A stretch of DNA of 64,000 nt from an uncultured Bacteroidales bacterium (GTDB lineage: Bacteria > Bacteroidota > Bacteroidia > Bacteroidales > VadinHA17): positions 4,344 to 68,343 of the forward strand of contig CAWKIC010000027.1 of NCBI GenBank assembly GCA_963849615.1, given 5' to 3'. Under the pieces are notes generated by a model. It searched no databases. It saw only the letters and a list, made by a program, of their open reading frames with translations, and was not told where the DNA came from. The position numbers and the translations under genes were made by a program. Positions 41,424-53,816 of the stretch are shown here, piece after piece (the first letter of the stretch is position 1; every line of letters begins with the position of its first letter).

Positions 41424-42797
41424 TTAATAATCAACAATGATCTTCCCCGAAGCCTGTTCCACGTCAATTTTACTGAACATCAGCATAATCAACGAATTCA
41501 GGTTATTGAGCTGTGCAGTCCTCAGATCGGTTTCCGAAATGATGACTTCCAGGTAAGGCTTTAATCCCTCTTTATACTGTGAAAAAACAGTATTGTAAAC
41601 ATCAAGCGCTATTTCAATGTTCGCCTGTGTCAGGTTATATGCTGCAAGGTTATTTTTATATGAAGCAAGCGCGCTTATATAACCTGTTTGCATCTCTCTC
41701 CTTAAATTAAGAGTATCAAGAACCAGCCTGTCATAGTACAACTTTGATCTTTTAAGGTCATGAATCCGTTTCCCTCCCTCAAACAGGGGGAAAGAGAGTG
41801 TGAGACCGACTATTGAATTCGGAAAGGCTTTATCATAAAGCCTGCTGAACTCATCGTTCTGGAAAATATAATTGTAGTTAGCAAAACCCGAAAGCGAAGG
41901 AAGAAAGCTCATTTTTTCATACCCTATTGATAGTTGTTGCAGCCTCAACTTTGTTTCAAGAAGCTGATATTCAATTCTGTTCTGGTATGAAACAGATTGG
42001 AGTGTGTCGAGCACCAAATCTTTCTTCATCTCATCGAAGTTCTTTTTCAGGTTCAGGTCTTTATCCTCAGGATACCCCATCAGCTGCTTCAGAAAAGTCA
42101 GCTTGGCGTTTATTGAGTTGGTTACACTGATCTTCAGAGAGCGTGCATTGTTTAGAGATGCAGTTGCCCTGCTGTAATCGATCTTGTCACGTAAACCACT
42201 GTTATACAATGCAAGGGCATCCTTCAGGCTTATGGACAGCCTGTTAATGTCCTCATTGATTATTTTCAACATTTGCTGTGAAAGAAGAACATCGTAAAAT
42301 GCCTTGCTGACCTCAACAACCAGGCTGATCGTTTCTCTCCGGCCTGTCTGCCGGACCTGCCGGCGATAATCACTTGCTGTTCGTCCCGCGAACCAGAGAT
42401 CGTTGTTAAAGATCTTCTGGTTTGCGGTGAATTGAATGTTTGAAATATTTTTTACTCCGGTTGTAACCTCAATTTTAGGTCCTGTTGGATTTGAAAAGTT
42501 GGGAAAAATGGAAACCGGTTGTTTCAGGTAATGTTGTATTCCGGCGTTTGATGTTACCTGAGGGAACCAGTCGGCAAGAGAACTTTTAATTGTCTGATCT
42601 GCAATCGCCTCATCAATTTTAAGCTGACTTACAAGCGGCTGATGAATCAGTGCATAACTAATGCAATCGCGTATGCTGACGCTATCGGTGAAAAATGAAG
42701 GTTGACCCTGTGCCATTATTCCTGGTGAAGCCAGAAAAAAAAATATCACAAAAGCCAGATAGCATGTTCTGCAAAAAACGTTTTTCTCGCCCATCAC
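41424..42797 (-). CDS. TolC-family outer membrane factor
   Basis: Duplicated OEP repeats (FPQV / FLPSL, PLFEG); operon with MFP and RND. Confidence 0.9.
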   Translation of the reverse strand: MMGEKNVFCRTCYLAFVIFFFLASPGIMAQGQPSFFTDSVSIRDCISYALIHQPLVSQLKIDEAIADQTIKSSLADWFPQVTSNAGIQHYLKQPVSIFPNFSNPTGPKIEVTTGVKNISNIQFTANQKIFNNDLWFAGRTASDYRRQVRQTGRRETISLVVEVSKAFYDVLLSQQMLKIINEDINRLSISLKDALALYNSGLRDKIDYSRATASLNNARSLKISVTNSINAKLTFLKQLMGYPEDKDLNLKKNFDEMKKDLVLDTLQSVSYQNRIEYQLLETKLRLQQLSIGYEKMSFLPSLSGFANYNYIFQNDEFSRLYDKAFPNSIVGLTLSFPLFEGGKRIHDLKRSKLYYDRLVLDTLNLRREMQTGYISALASYKNNLAAYNLTQANIEIALDVYNTVFSQYKEGLKPYLEVIISETDLRTAQLNNLNSLIMLMFSKIDVEQASGKIIVDY

Positions 42798-43131
42798 AAT
42801 AATGAATTAGATCTATCAATGGGATTTACTCTCAAACTAACTGCTCTGGATCCCAATCTGCCATTATTTTTTTTACCGGACAGAACCAAACCGGGCAGGC
42901 AGATTTTAATTCAATAAACGCGATTTATAAACGCTCTGAAAGAGAAATTGTTCGGATAGGAAAGATAAAGTATCAACAGAAGAGGTGTAAGATTTAAAAT
43001 TCAGGTAAAAATCGTGCATAACTCTGTGAAGTAAGAACGCAGAACAAACGAACAAATGTGACCTCATACCCTTGAGTCGTATTTCCTATTTCGTTTGAAA
43101 ATATTAAATTTATAACAACTAATTTACGCTG

Positions 43132-44355
43132 ATGAGGATACTGCATACCTCCGACTGGCACCTTGGCAAACGCCTCGAGGAGTTTTCACGTTTTGACGAA
43201 CAGCAGGCCGTTCTTAATGAGATCTGTGAGATTGCAGAGAATGAGCAGACAGATGCCGTTATTATTGCCGGCGATCTGTTCGACACCTTCAATCCATCCG
43301 CTGAGGCTGTTGACCTTTTTTACAAAACACTCAAGAGGCTTTCCGGTGACGGGAGAAGGGCAGTAATTTGCATCGCCGGCAACCACGACTCACCTGAGCG
43401 CATTGAAGCCCCCGATCCGCTTGCCAGGGAATGTGGCATAATATTTTCGGGTTTGCCTGAGACTGAAGTGGCTGTTTTTTCGATTGAATCAGGACTTAAA
43501 GTGACGAGATCGGATAAGGGTTTTATTGAACTGAGTCTTCCCGGGTCAGTTTATCCGTTGCGATTATTACTGACACCCTATGCAAGTGAGCTAAGACTGA
43601 AAAAGTACCTGGGCAGTGAAAACTCTGAAGAGGAAATGAGAAGCCTGCTCCAGGCACGATGGAAGGATCTTGCCGATAAATATTGTGACAACCGGGGAGT
43701 CAATGTTCTTCTCGCACATCTATTTATGATAAAACAGGGAGTCCCTCCCCTCCGGAACCTGATGATGAACGCCCTATCCTGCATCCCGGAGGAGCAGAGG
43801 CTATTTACACATCATGCATTCCCGGCCAGATTCAGTATGCTGCCATCGGGCATCTTCACAGGAAACAGATAATGGACAACTCCCCCTGCCCTGTGGTTTA
43901 CCCGGGAAGCCCGCTGTCCTATAGTTTCAGCGAAGCGGGTCAGGACAAGTATGTAATTATAATTGACGCAGAACCAGGGACTGAAGTAAAAACCAGGGAG
44001 TTAAAACTTAAGTCAGGTAAACAGGCTGCTCCGGAAAAGGTTTGAACTTATTGATGAAGCAGTGGCCTGGCTTAAGGAAAACCAGGAATCAATTGTAGAA
44101 ATAACCATCGTATCCGAAACATTCCTTACTGCCGCTGACAGAAAGCGTCTGGTTGATGCCCACAGCAGCATCCTTATCATTCCTGAAATGAAGAATCCGT
44201 TGCAGGCCTCTGATGCTGCCGGTTTGCAGGTAGATCTGAAAAGGGGCATAAATGACCTGTTCTTTGATTTCTTCAAAAAAGAAAAAGGACAGGAACCTGG
44301 CGTGGACATTATGTCATTATTAAATGAAATTATATCGAAGGAGGACAACCCATGA
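43132..44355 (+). CDS. sbcD: Exonuclease SbcCD subunit D (frameshifted)
   Basis: HTSDWHLG, AGDLFD, GNHDS, AH, GHLH. Confidence 0.9.
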
Positions 44356-47300
44356 TCCCGGTCAGACTTACAATACAGGGCATATACTCCTACCAGAAAG
44401 AGCAGACTATAGATTTTACACGTCTCACAACTGCCGGACTTTTCGGGATCTTCGGTCATGTTGGCAGCGGGAAATCGACAATTCTGGAAGCAATGTCATT
44501 TGCTCTTTTCAATAAGATCGACCGCCTCAGCGGCGACAGGCGTAACTATAATATGATGAATCTCAAATCCGACAGGCTTTATATCGATTTTGAATTCATG
44601 GATAATGGTAAAAGATACCGCATTGAGGTTACAGGCAGAAGGAACAGGAAGAATTTTAGTGATGTCCCAACTTTCAAAAGAGGCTTTTATTCCCTCCTCG
44701 GGAGATATCTGGATTCCGATGGGTGATGCTACTGCTGAGGCTGTTACCGGACTAAGCTATGAAAATTTTCACAGGACCATCATTATTCCACAGGGTCGTT
44801 TCCAGGAATTCCTTCACCTGAATGTCAAGGAGAGGGTAACAATGCTTAAGGAGCTCTTTGGCCTGAATAAGTACGATCTGTACGATAAGACAATCATTCT
44901 TGAAAGGGAGAACAACGAAAAGCTTCACAACCTGGAAGGCCAGCTTTTGCAGATTGGGGAAACTAAACCTGAAGATATTGCAGCCCTGAAGAAGCAGATT
45001 GATGAAAATCAAGGATCACTTGACACTCTTGCAGGGGAACTGAAAACGACTCAGGAAAGGGACAAAGCATTGGAGGAAATGAAAAAACTGGCGGCGGACC
45101 TGCAAAAACAGAAAGTAAAACTGACAGAACTTCAGAATAAAGAGGTAAAATTCAGCAACCTGGAGAAGGAGGTGAAGGAGTACGAAGCTCTTTATCTTGC
45201 CTTTCACTCAGAACTTGAACAGCTTGGAATACTGGATTCAGCACTGAAAAAACAATCTGACAACCTCACTTCAAAAAAGGAAGAATTTAAAGGACTTTCA
45301 GATGAAAGTTCAGCAAGACAGGATGATCTTGAAGGATTAAAGCCAGGATATGAAAAGAGGGATGATCTTCTGAGGCTGGCGGAAGAGATCAAAAAACTGG
45401 CACAAATAACAAGCCTTGAAGAGGCCATAAAAAGAACCTCTGAAGAAAGCCGGAAGGAAAAGGATGATCTGAAGGATCTTGAGGCTTCAATTTTAGCAGA
45501 TAAAGAGTCATTGAAACAGCATTGCGAACAGCTCGGTCTGAAAAAGAAAATCCTCCCCGACCTGAAGGTGCTCTCTCAAATAAAAATCTGGTTCCGCGAC
45601 GAGAAGGGACTAAAGGAGCAAGTAGCCAGGGAAAGACTCGCAATCAGTGAGCAAATGGAGAAGGTGAACAGCGAATATGAATGAAGCGTTCAAACTTTCA
45701 GGCACTCTGCTTAGTGTTAATAAACCAATCGAAAGCTTTGATCTTCGCGGAATGTTTAGTTACTTATTGAAGAGGCTCATACAAAAGTTGAAATCAGTCT
45801 GAATAACCTTCTGACAGAATTATCGGAACTTGAAATCCAGAAACGGCTCCAGCAATTTGCCGGAGAACTTCAGGAAGGGAAGCCCTGTCCGCTGTGCGGT
45901 TCAAAAGACCACCCGCATATTCTTGATATTCAAGATGTTTCTGAAAAACTTGATTCGACCCTGGAAAGAAAGAACAGGCTCGATTCTCAGATCAGGCAAT
46001 TCACAAGGGGGGAAAAGGAACTGACAAGTCTCTTGAGGGAGATTTCCCTTACTGAAAAGCAGGGCAGATTGCACATGGAGAATCTGAACGGTCTTCTGAT
46101 AAAGTCAGAAGAACACCGGCAAAAGTTCATGTGGGAACAGTTTAATCCGGAACAGGAAAAAGCTGTGGATGAGGAAATGAAGCGGTATGATGTCCTCAGC
46201 AAGGAGATCGGGGCACTTGAAATAAGGATTGATGAGCTTAACAAATCATTAGCGGGGAAGGAAGTCAGGCGTGATGCCCTCTCAGGCAGTATCCGCACCA
46301 GCGATAATAAAATATCTGAAGGCAGGGCCCAGGCTAATATGCTTATAAGCCAGCTTACCGTTGTCACAGGGGATGATTGGGCAGGCCGCTCACTTAAGGA
46401 AATGGAAGCAAAGTCAGCCTCGCTGAAAAGGGATCACCAGGTCATCACTGAAAAATACAAACTTCTGGAAGAACGGATCACGGAGCTCAGGTCGCAGACT
46501 GACATTCTTAAAGGCGCCATTGAATCGGCAGCAAAGCAGGTTGAAGCCACCGCCAAACTGAGGGAACAACTCTGGGAAAAGATAACACTTAAACTTTCAC
46601 AATGCGGGGGACAAGAACTGGCTTATGTTGAAAATGTCATAAGAAAAGAATTGGATCTCGAAACGGCTAAAAATGAAATTGCATCATTCAGGGCAGAGTT
46701 GGGGGCAGTGAAGAGTCACTTGTTAAAGCTCAATACCGAACTTTCAGGACGTGAATATCCTGTCGCGGAGCATAATTCGGTTAAAGAGCAGCTTATCCGG
46801 CTCCGGTCTCAAGCCGATGATAAAAACCAACAGATGGGACGGCTTAAGGTTACTCTTGCAACTCTCGAAAAGAACCTTACAGCACTTGAAACCCTGAAAA
46901 AGGAGCAGGATTCCCTGCATCTCAGAGGTGAAAATCTTAACACACTAAAAAATCTATTCAGGGGAGCCGCCTTTGTTAATTTTGCATCGCGGGCATACCT
47001 TGAGAATATAGTTCAGGCTGCCAATACAAGATTCCGGAAACTCACCCGCCAGCACCTGGAACTTGTTCTTGACGAGGACAATAACTTCATGCTGAGGGAC
47101 CACATGAATGAAGGGAGGCTGCGAAGTGTCAAAACCCTTTCGGGAGGTCAGACATTTCAGGCTTCGCTCTCGCTCGCCCTTGCCCTGGCCGATAATGTAA
47201 ACCGCCAGGTGAAGGCTGACCAGAACTTCTTCTTTCTCGATGAAGGATTCGGGTCTCTTGATAAAGAATCACTTGAAATTGTCTTTGAAACACTGAAGTC

Positions 47301-47430
47301 GTTGCGGAAAGAGAACCGTATTGTCGGGGTGATCTCACATGTTGAAGAGATGAAGCAGGAAATCGATGCCCACCTCATTGTATCAATTGATGATGCAGAT
47401 GGGAGTATGATTAGAAGCAATTTGTATTAA
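44352..47430 (+). CDS. sbcC: SbcC SMC-like ATPase (frameshifted)
   Basis: GHVGSGKST, IPQGRF, CPLCGS zinc hook, LSGGQ, FFLDEGFGSLD, ISHV. Confidence 0.9.
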
Positions 47431-47548
47431 ACCTGGATTTACTCACCAACGGCCCTTTTCTGTTTCCCGGACTTACACCACTACTGACCGCCGCACCTTT
47501 GTGCCGTCGTACCGTTTTCATATCTTTATATCTCAAACCATCACCCGC

Positions 47549-47962
47549 ATGTATCAGAAAGACTACATCCTCCGTATGATCTCGATGCTTATGAAGTTCC
47601 TTGGAGAGTTATTCGGCCTTATAAAAAAGGGGGAATTGAAAGAGGCAGCTGACATGCTTGAAAAAAGCTACAATACTTACCTCAGGGAAGACGCCGCTTT
47701 CTTTCAGGGTATCCCAGCAAAAGACCTGGCACAGAAGCTTCTGATTGAGCATAATTACACCGCAGGACATCTTGAGATTCTCGCGGAACTCTTCTATGCC
47801 GAAGCCGAGTTGCGCGTTGCAGGTAATGACAAAGCCGGGTGCATTGAATTCTCAGAGAAGTCCCTGATCCTCTTTGAGTTTGTAGATAATGAGTACAAAA
47901 CTTACTCAGATGAGAGGCTGAGAAAGATGGAGGTATTAAGAAAACGGATTACTACCGGCTAA
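47549..47962 (+). CDS. Hypothetical helical protein (DUF6483-like)
   Basis: MYQKDYILRMI start; TATCTTTA upstream. Confidence 0.65.
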   Translation: MYQKDYILRMISMLMKFLGELFGLIKKGELKEAADMLEKSYNTYLREDAAFFQGIPAKDLAQKLLIEHNYTAGHLEILAELFYAEAELRVAGNDKAGCIEFSEKSLILFEFVDNEYKTYSDERLRKMEVLRKRITTG

Positions 47963-47971
47963 AAATTTATT

Positions 47972-48208
47972 TTTTACTTTCTTTTTGCGCAAAAAGAACC
48001 GAGGGGTGATTTAGGTTTTAGCGGAAGTTTTCAACCCGGGTGACGAAGTCAAAGTAAAAGGCGCTGGAAACGATAAGTTAAGCCCCACCCTGCAAGCTGG
48101 CTCCTTCGCTAAAAAAGTCCACGGACTTTTTCTTAACGCTCGGCCCTGCCCGCTACACAAAGCCTTGTTGGCGCTACGAAACAGACTTAACTTCGCGCCG
48201 TTTCCAGT
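47972..48208. repeat. Composite nested palindrome containing family E copy (48088-48146)
   Basis: TCTTTTTGCGCAAAAAGA; CTGGAAACG/CGTTTCCAG and AAGTTAAG/CTTAACTT arms around CCCTGCAAGCTGGCTCC...CGGCCC. Confidence 0.65.
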
Positions 48209-48392
48209 TTGCCACTGCACCTTTTCTAATAAGGTAACGCTTTAAGAATATACGGCTATTGGGATGATCCTGTGTTCGCGGGAGACGGCAATAATATTTA
48301 CAAATGATTTTGCAGATTTTCGCAGTCATTCTGCGAAGATCTGCGTGATCTGCGGGAAAAAAGATCTGGTATGAAGTTGCTTCCCTCTGATT

Positions 48393-48716
48393 TTACACCT
48401 GTTCAGCACCATGGGAATACTGATCTTCTTCAGCTGTTTCCCTGAACTTATCCTCAAATTTCCTTCTCCATTCCCTTCTGCGGCAACCGTATCCATAACC
48501 ATGTCTGTGCTGATGCCCTCCGGGTGCAATACCCGTAAGCAGGATCTTCGAAAGGAGGAACAGCCCTGCAGTTTGCCAGAAAGTCAGGACGGGCCCGTTA
48601 AATAAACCGGGCACCAGCCAGTTCCAGAGGGCTTGTACGCCAAATATCACCAGAACAACGAATGCAATTCCAAGAATTCCAAAACCTATGTACTTTAAAA
48701 CTCTCAACGTTTTCAT
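48393..48716 (-). CDS. Membrane protein downstream of ECF sigma (candidate anti-sigma/partner)
   Basis: LWNWLVP.LF...TFWQ..GL..LSKIL; His/Gly-rich tail. Confidence 0.75.
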   Translation of the reverse strand: MKTLRVLKYIGFGILGIAFVVLVIFGVQALWNWLVPGLFNGPVLTFWQTAGLFLLSKILLTGIAPGGHQHRHGYGYGCRRREWRRKFEDKFRETAEEDQYSHGAEQV

Positions 48717-48717
48717 A

Positions 48718-49279
48718 CTAATTATTTTTTAATAGTTTATACAATTCATTTAGTCTCTTCCTGAGTGCAAGTACAGCGTAACGTTTCCGTGAGATAAGGG
48801 TATTGATCCCGGTACCGGTTCTTTCCGAGATCTCTTTAAAGCTGAGATCCTCAAACTCGTTCTCAATGAACACGCTTCGTTGCTCAACAGGCAATTCAGA
48901 TAAAGTCTCTTCCACGGTATCCCAGATCATTTCCTTCAGCTCTTCGTCCTCCGGAGTAGTGCCAATAGCGGGAAGGATCTCTTCCAGGGTCAGGGGCCCG
49001 TCTTCATCTTCAGCCCTTTTATCCGTATAGCTGATAGGTAGAAGGCCTCTTCCTGCGGAATCTGTCGATAATACGGTAATCGGTCACACGGTAGAGCCAG
49101 GCAGTCAGATTTTCAATTCTCCTTATGTCTCTGAATCCGACGGTGAGCTGATAAAAGACATCCTGCAGAATATCCTCAGCTTCAAGCCGGTCGGGAATCC
49201 TGTTCCTGATATACCCGAGAAGGCGTTTCCGCTCTTCATTGTAGGCAACCGTAATTCTTTCCGACTCTTTTGGACTCAT
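48718..49279 (-). CDS. ECF sigma factor (frameshift near 49030)
   Basis: AEDILQDVF, AWLYRV, SFKEISERTG..INTLISRKRYA. Confidence 0.88.
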
Positions 49280-49370
49280 TATAGGCTCTTTAATACCAAT
49301 GACGAAACTGGAGGAATAATATTTTAAATTTATGATAAATAGTGATGAAGACGGAAGACGGAAGTCCGAA

Positions 49371-49458
49371 TCAGCGAAACTCTGCGGATTTCAATCTGCG
49401 AACCTCTGCGAGAACCAAAAATATAATCATAGGGCAGAAGGCAACGAGGGAGCGAATT
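49371..49458 (+). repeat. Repeat family D, copy 1 (88 bp)
   Basis: Near-identical inverted copy at 56706-56793; flanked by GAAGACG heptamers. Confidence 0.85.
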
Positions 49459-49519
49459 GGTGTTACAGAAGACGGGGGAGAGTTTGGATGTCCGTTCCAC
49501 TCTCCGCCGGTGGCAGGCC

Positions 49520-50341
49520 TTAGGAATGTGTTCCAGCAGTCTTCGTTGCCAGATTTTCAAGTTTATTGAAAGATGTCACCAGTCCCCGTATCACAGCCGA
49601 ACTGAGACCCTGGTGTTCCATTTCATTTAGTCCGGAAATAGTTATGCCCTGAGGCGTTGTTACCTTGTCAATTTCCATTTCAGGGTGGTTGGATGTTTCG
49701 ATAATAAGCCGGGCTGCACCTTTTACCGTCTGGGCTGTGATAAGCTGCGCCATTTCGGCATCAAACCCGATTTCAATGCCACCCTGTGACAGGGCACGCA
49801 TAAAACGCAGTGCGAAGGCAATGCCGCAGGCTCCAATGACAGTTGCAGCGCCCATCAATTCCTCAGGAATGATCAAAGTCTTTCCCATTTTACCGAAAAT
49901 GGAAAGGATCAACTCCTCCTGGTGGGGTTCAGTGTTTCCAAAGGTAATGCAGGTCATCGAATCACAAATCTCGAGAGCAATATTCGGCATTATGCGGGCT
50001 ATGGGAAATTTGCCTAGCACCGACCCTATTTCCGTCAGGGTAACACCTGTTATAGTCGACAAAATAATATGATCACATGAAATATCGTCTTTTATTTCTT
50101 CAGCGAGAAACTGAAATTGTTGCGGTTTTACAGACATAACAATAATCCCGGCGTTTGTGATAGCTTCATGGTTGTTATCAGTAACCCGGAAACCTAGTTT
50201 TTTAAGCTGATTTATCCTCAAAATCCTTTTTTCGGTGATGATTATTTCATCCGTGGTGAAATGTTTTGAGACAATCAGTCCCTTTGCCAGTGAAGTGCCG
50301 ATATTCCCTCCACCGAGAATGGCGATCTTAAAGTTTTTCAT
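49520..50341 (-). CDS. proC: Pyrroline-5-carboxylate reductase
   Basis: ILGGGNIG, VKPQ, RIMPN, VTTPQGIT. Confidence 0.93.
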   Translation of the reverse strand: MKNFKIAILGGGNIGTSLAKGLIVSKHFTTDEIIITEKRILRINQLKKLGFRVTDNNHEAITNAGIIVMSVKPQQFQFLAEEIKDDISCDHIILSTITGVTLTEIGSVLGKFPIARIMPNIALEICDSMTCITFGNTEPHQEELILSIFGKMGKTLIIPEELMGAATVIGACGIAFALRFMRALSQGGIEIGFDAEMAQLITAQTVKGAARLIIETSNHPEMEIDKVTTPQGITISGLNEMEHQGLSSAVIRGLVTSFNKLENLATKTAGTHS

Positions 50342-50649
50342 ATCCGGTATTTTAAACCGAAAGTTAACTAAAATCTCAGTTTCCGCATACTTTGCTCCCG
50401 GTTCCTTACATCGGAGGTAAATGAGGACATCTTTCCATTTTTACATTGCTGGTTATATCCCGATCAATACATGTTGACTTTCAGATAATTATTAGCTATC
50501 TTTATAAGATAATGATATGCAGGACCTGGCATTTCAAAAACTAACACTGACTAAAGAGTTAAATTATTGTATATTAAGCACAACCGGGTTTGCAGGCTCA
50601 TCGTTTTCATCTTAATACATTATTAATAATTAAAAGAAAGGAAATTAAA

Positions 50650-51522
50650 ATGAACTATTTGTACCTAATTATTCTGATTGTAGTGTTGTTGTTTTTTGCA
50701 GGAATAAGAATTGTACGACCAACACAGCGGGCATTGATAGAGAGGCTTGGGAAGTATCATAATTTTGCTAATGCCGGATTTCACTGGATCATTCCGGTTA
50801 TTGACAAACTATATCTGGTAAACGTGACCGAACAGATGGTGGATGCACAGCCTCAGGAAATAATAACTAACGATAATCTGAATGCAAGCGTTGATGCGCA
50901 GGTTTATTTCAGGGTAAAATCCGATGAGGAAAGTGTTAAAGGTTCAATTTATAATGTTAACAATTACAGATTGCAGATCGTAAATCTGGCCCGGACTACT
51001 CTGCGTAACATTATAGGTACCCTTACGCTTAAATCAGCCAATAGCGAAAGAGGGAAAATTAATTCCGAGCTTTACCGGACACTTCATAACGAGACACAAA
51101 CCTGGGGTATTGAAATTGTCCGTACGGAGTTGAAAGAAATTGATCCTCCAAGTGATGTTCAGGAGACCATGAATAAGGTGGTAAAAGCTGAAAACGAAAA
51201 GATTGCAGCCATTGACTCTGCTACAGCTGCTGAAACTGTCGCCGATGGAATCAAGCGGGCCAAGATTAAAGAAGCTGAAGGCTATAAACAATCGAAAATA
51301 TTGCACGCAGAAGGTGATGCTGAAGCAATCAGACTTGTAAATGATGCGGCAGATAAATACTTTGTTGGAAATGCACAGTTATTGCGCAAGCTGGAGGCTC
51401 TTGAAACATCGCTGGGAAATAATGCCAAAATTATTGTTCCGTCAGGGTCGGAGCTGGTTAATGTAATTGGCGAGATGGCAGGGATAATTCCGTTGGAAAG
51501 AAAGAAAAAAGAAGTCAAATAA
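50650..51522 (+). CDS. SPFH/band-7 (stomatin-like) protein
   Basis: IERLGKY, QEIITNDN, TLRNIIG, WGIEI. Confidence 0.92.
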   Translation: MNYLYLIILIVVLLFFAGIRIVRPTQRALIERLGKYHNFANAGFHWIIPVIDKLYLVNVTEQMVDAQPQEIITNDNLNASVDAQVYFRVKSDEESVKGSIYNVNNYRLQIVNLARTTLRNIIGTLTLKSANSERGKINSELYRTLHNETQTWGIEIVRTELKEIDPPSDVQETMNKVVKAENEKIAAIDSATAAETVADGIKRAKIKEAEGYKQSKILHAEGDAEAIRLVNDAADKYFVGNAQLLRKLEALETSLGNNAKIIVPSGSELVNVIGEMAGIIPLERKKKEVK

Positions 51523-51528
51523 AAATCT

Positions 51529-51627
51529 CCTTCGTGCCCCTTGGTGAGGACCTTTGTGACCTTAGTGGTAAAAAAATAAATCCATTAACCACAAAGGTTT
51601 TACTCCCAACCCCCTAAAGGGGGCTAT
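51529..51627. repeat. 9-mer-type (CCTTCGTG) repeat plus CCCCCTAAAGGGGG hairpin
   Basis: CCTTCGTGCCCTTGGTG..CCTTTGTGACCTTAGTGG; AACCCCCTAAAGGGGGCT. Confidence 0.5.
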
Positions 51628-51694
51628 AAGAAAACCGGATAATCACTTCAGGAAAGGGTTGCTTTCGGTTTAAAAGGACGTGTAAGGCAAACCC

Positions 51695-52393
51695 TCAGAT
51701 ATGGAAAAAGCTGTCAAGCCGGTTTCCCTTTTTCAGCCGGTAATGATAGAAGAAGAGTAACAAAGCTACGGGGAGAACCGAAACAGCTACAATAAGTGAC
51801 CACCTGAGATCAATAATGTATGTCAGGTAGTTATCCAGTATCAATTCTAAAATTATACAAAAACCTGATAATACCATAATCGCTGAAGCAATGAGGTTCA
51901 GTCCTTTCAACGGGGCTGCCTTGTAGAGAAAGATGACGATGCCAAATGATATAAAAACAGCACCAGTGACCGGAAGGCCGACCGGAAAAAACCATTCCCT
52001 GCCGGCAGCAATCATGTCAAGAAAATACAGGGAAGTCAGGACTGTAGCTATCAGGCAGGTGACTACCATCAGTGTTTTTTTAAAGGCAAACTGGTAAAGG
52101 GTCAGGATTACCCAGGCGGTAAAAATTGATACATCAGACAACAGTGACCATTTCAGTTCTTTGCTTATTAACAGCTCGATGATAGTGCAACCGGCAATGC
52201 CTGAGAAAGCCAGTATTCCGCTTAATTCCCAGAGATACCTTCTGTTTTCCTTTCTTTGAACCCGGATGATGTCTGATGGATAAGTATTTGAAACATATTC
52301 CTGTTCAATTTTATTTTCAGGATCTTTGCCACAAAGGGGGCACACCTTAAATCCGTCATCCAGTTCTACTCCGCAATTGACACAAATAATCAT
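51695..52393 (-). CDS. Zinc-ribbon plus multi-TM protein (DUF6320-like)
   Basis: CVNCGVEL....CPLC followed by about 6 TM segments. Confidence 0.75.
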   Translation of the reverse strand: MIICVNCGVELDDGFKVCPLCGKDPENKIEQEYVSNTYPSDIIRVQRKENRRYLWELSGILAFSGIAGCTIIELLISKELKWSLLSDVSIFTAWVILTLYQFAFKKTLMVVTCLIATVLTSLYFLDMIAAGREWFFPVGLPVTGAVFISFGIVIFLYKAAPLKGLNLIASAIMVLSGFCIILELILDNYLTYIIDLRWSLIVAVSVLPVALLLFFYHYRLKKGNRLDSFFHI

Positions 52394-53700
52394 ATTCTGT
52401 CCTTTTTGTTGTTATTCAATATCTTTACATGAATACCGGCCTCAGAAAGATGAGTGAATATAAGCCTTTCAAGTTCATGCGATTGTGTAATATTACAGAA
52501 ACAGATCCTTAACCTGCCTTTATATGAAACAAGAGCGCAACCTGCTTTAACCTTATAATTGGGAGGAGTTGGAACAAGCTCGAGAGAATCAACTAAAGAT
52601 TCCATTTCCCCGGGAAGAGTAACCAGTCCGAGATTAGTAACCATGCCTGTCCATCGTTTTGAAGCAAGCTTTCTGTAAATGGCAGCAGTAACCATTTTCT
52701 TGATGAACAGGGGCATTATCCTTACAATTAAGAGCTTTTCATACCTTACATTCGATGAAAGAAACCGTAAAACCTGTTTGATATCGGTACCTATCTGCGA
52801 CTGGTGATGGATCGATCTGAGTATTTCTTCGAAGGTGTAAGATCCCAATCTGACATCAAGTTCCGGCAACACAAAAAGTGAAAAATTGCGCATTGTCCTG
52901 CTCGGGAGCTTATTTCTCATGTTGATGGGTACTTCAATCCTCAAAACTTTTCGCTTTTCTATTTTGCTCCTTTCCTTTCCTGAAAAAAAAATCTTCTGAA
53001 GTGAAAATAAGTAGACTGATACAAAATATTCAGTCAGTGATACATTATGCCTGTGGGATATTTTCAGGATCTCATCAACACTGACCTCACCACGAATTAC
53101 TCTCAGTCTCGGTCTTGCATTAAGCTCATAGGGAAGATGCCAGGCTTTGACAAGTTTAGCCGGAGGAGGCAGTTTTTGAAAAAACTTGATGTAACCGTCT
53201 TCGAACTCCTCGTCGGATACCGGCGTTCCGGGCAGGATTATTTTTCCCGGTGAGCTGATATGCTTGCCTGTAAGTGTCAGGTAAGTGTAAAGAAGTGATT
53301 TCAGGAATTCCATACCACCACCGCCATCTGTCAGTATATGAATGAATTCAACCGAAATTCTATTGCTTTTAATTATTACCCTGTAAAGCGGTTCGTTTTT
53401 TCTGTTAACAGCAAAGGCTGTGCAGGGAATCTCTTCCTCAACCTGGATCCGTGGCAGGAGATGGTTAAATTCAAGATAATGCCAGAATATTCCACTTCCC
53501 AGGGAAACGCTGAAATATGGAAATCTCTTTGAAGTAATTTCCACAGCCTCTTTTATTGCTGAGAACTTAACAGGTTCCAACAGTGTTGCAGTTACCCGGA
53601 ATACAGAAGTAAGATCCTCTGAAATGATCGCCGGAAAAAGTTTCGCAGCATTATCAAGCTTTAACCAGCCCCGCTCCTGAAAAGATTTTGAGTTGATAGC
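52390..53700 (-). CDS. Alcohol acetyltransferase/condensation-domain protein (start approximate)
   Basis: WLKLDNAAKLFPA upstream of listed ORF; HILTDGGG; PINMR, TMRNF, TNLG. Confidence 0.75.
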   Translation of the reverse strand, partial: AINSKSFQERGWLKLDNAAKLFPAIISEDLTSVFRVTATLLEPVKFSAIKEAVEITSKRFPYFSVSLGSGIFWHYLEFNHLLPRIQVEEEIPCTAFAVNRKNEPLYRVIIKSNRISVEFIHILTDGGGGMEFLKSLLYTYLTLTGKHISSPGKIILPGTPVSDEEFEDGYIKFFQKLPPPAKLVKAWHLPYELNARPRLRVIRGEVSVDEILKISHRHNVSLTEYFVSVYLFSLQKIFFSGKERSKIEKRKVLRIEVPINMRNKLPSRTMRNFSLFVLPELDVRLGSYTFEEILRSIHHQSQIGTDIKQVLRFLSSNVRYEKLLIVRIMPLFIKKMVTAAIYRKLASKRWTGMVTNLGLVTLPGEMESLVDSLELVPTPPNYKVKAGCALVSYKGRLRICFCNITQSHELERLIFTHLSEAGIHVKILNNNKKDRI

Positions 53701-53816
53701 TTAACCTCCCTTTATTTAATGTAAAGATAAAGCGTTTGCCAAAATATTAATTTCAGTTTCACAACTAATTGACCTGCTTATTCAGGGTAATGGTTGATGC
53801 CGGCTTCCGGCTATGA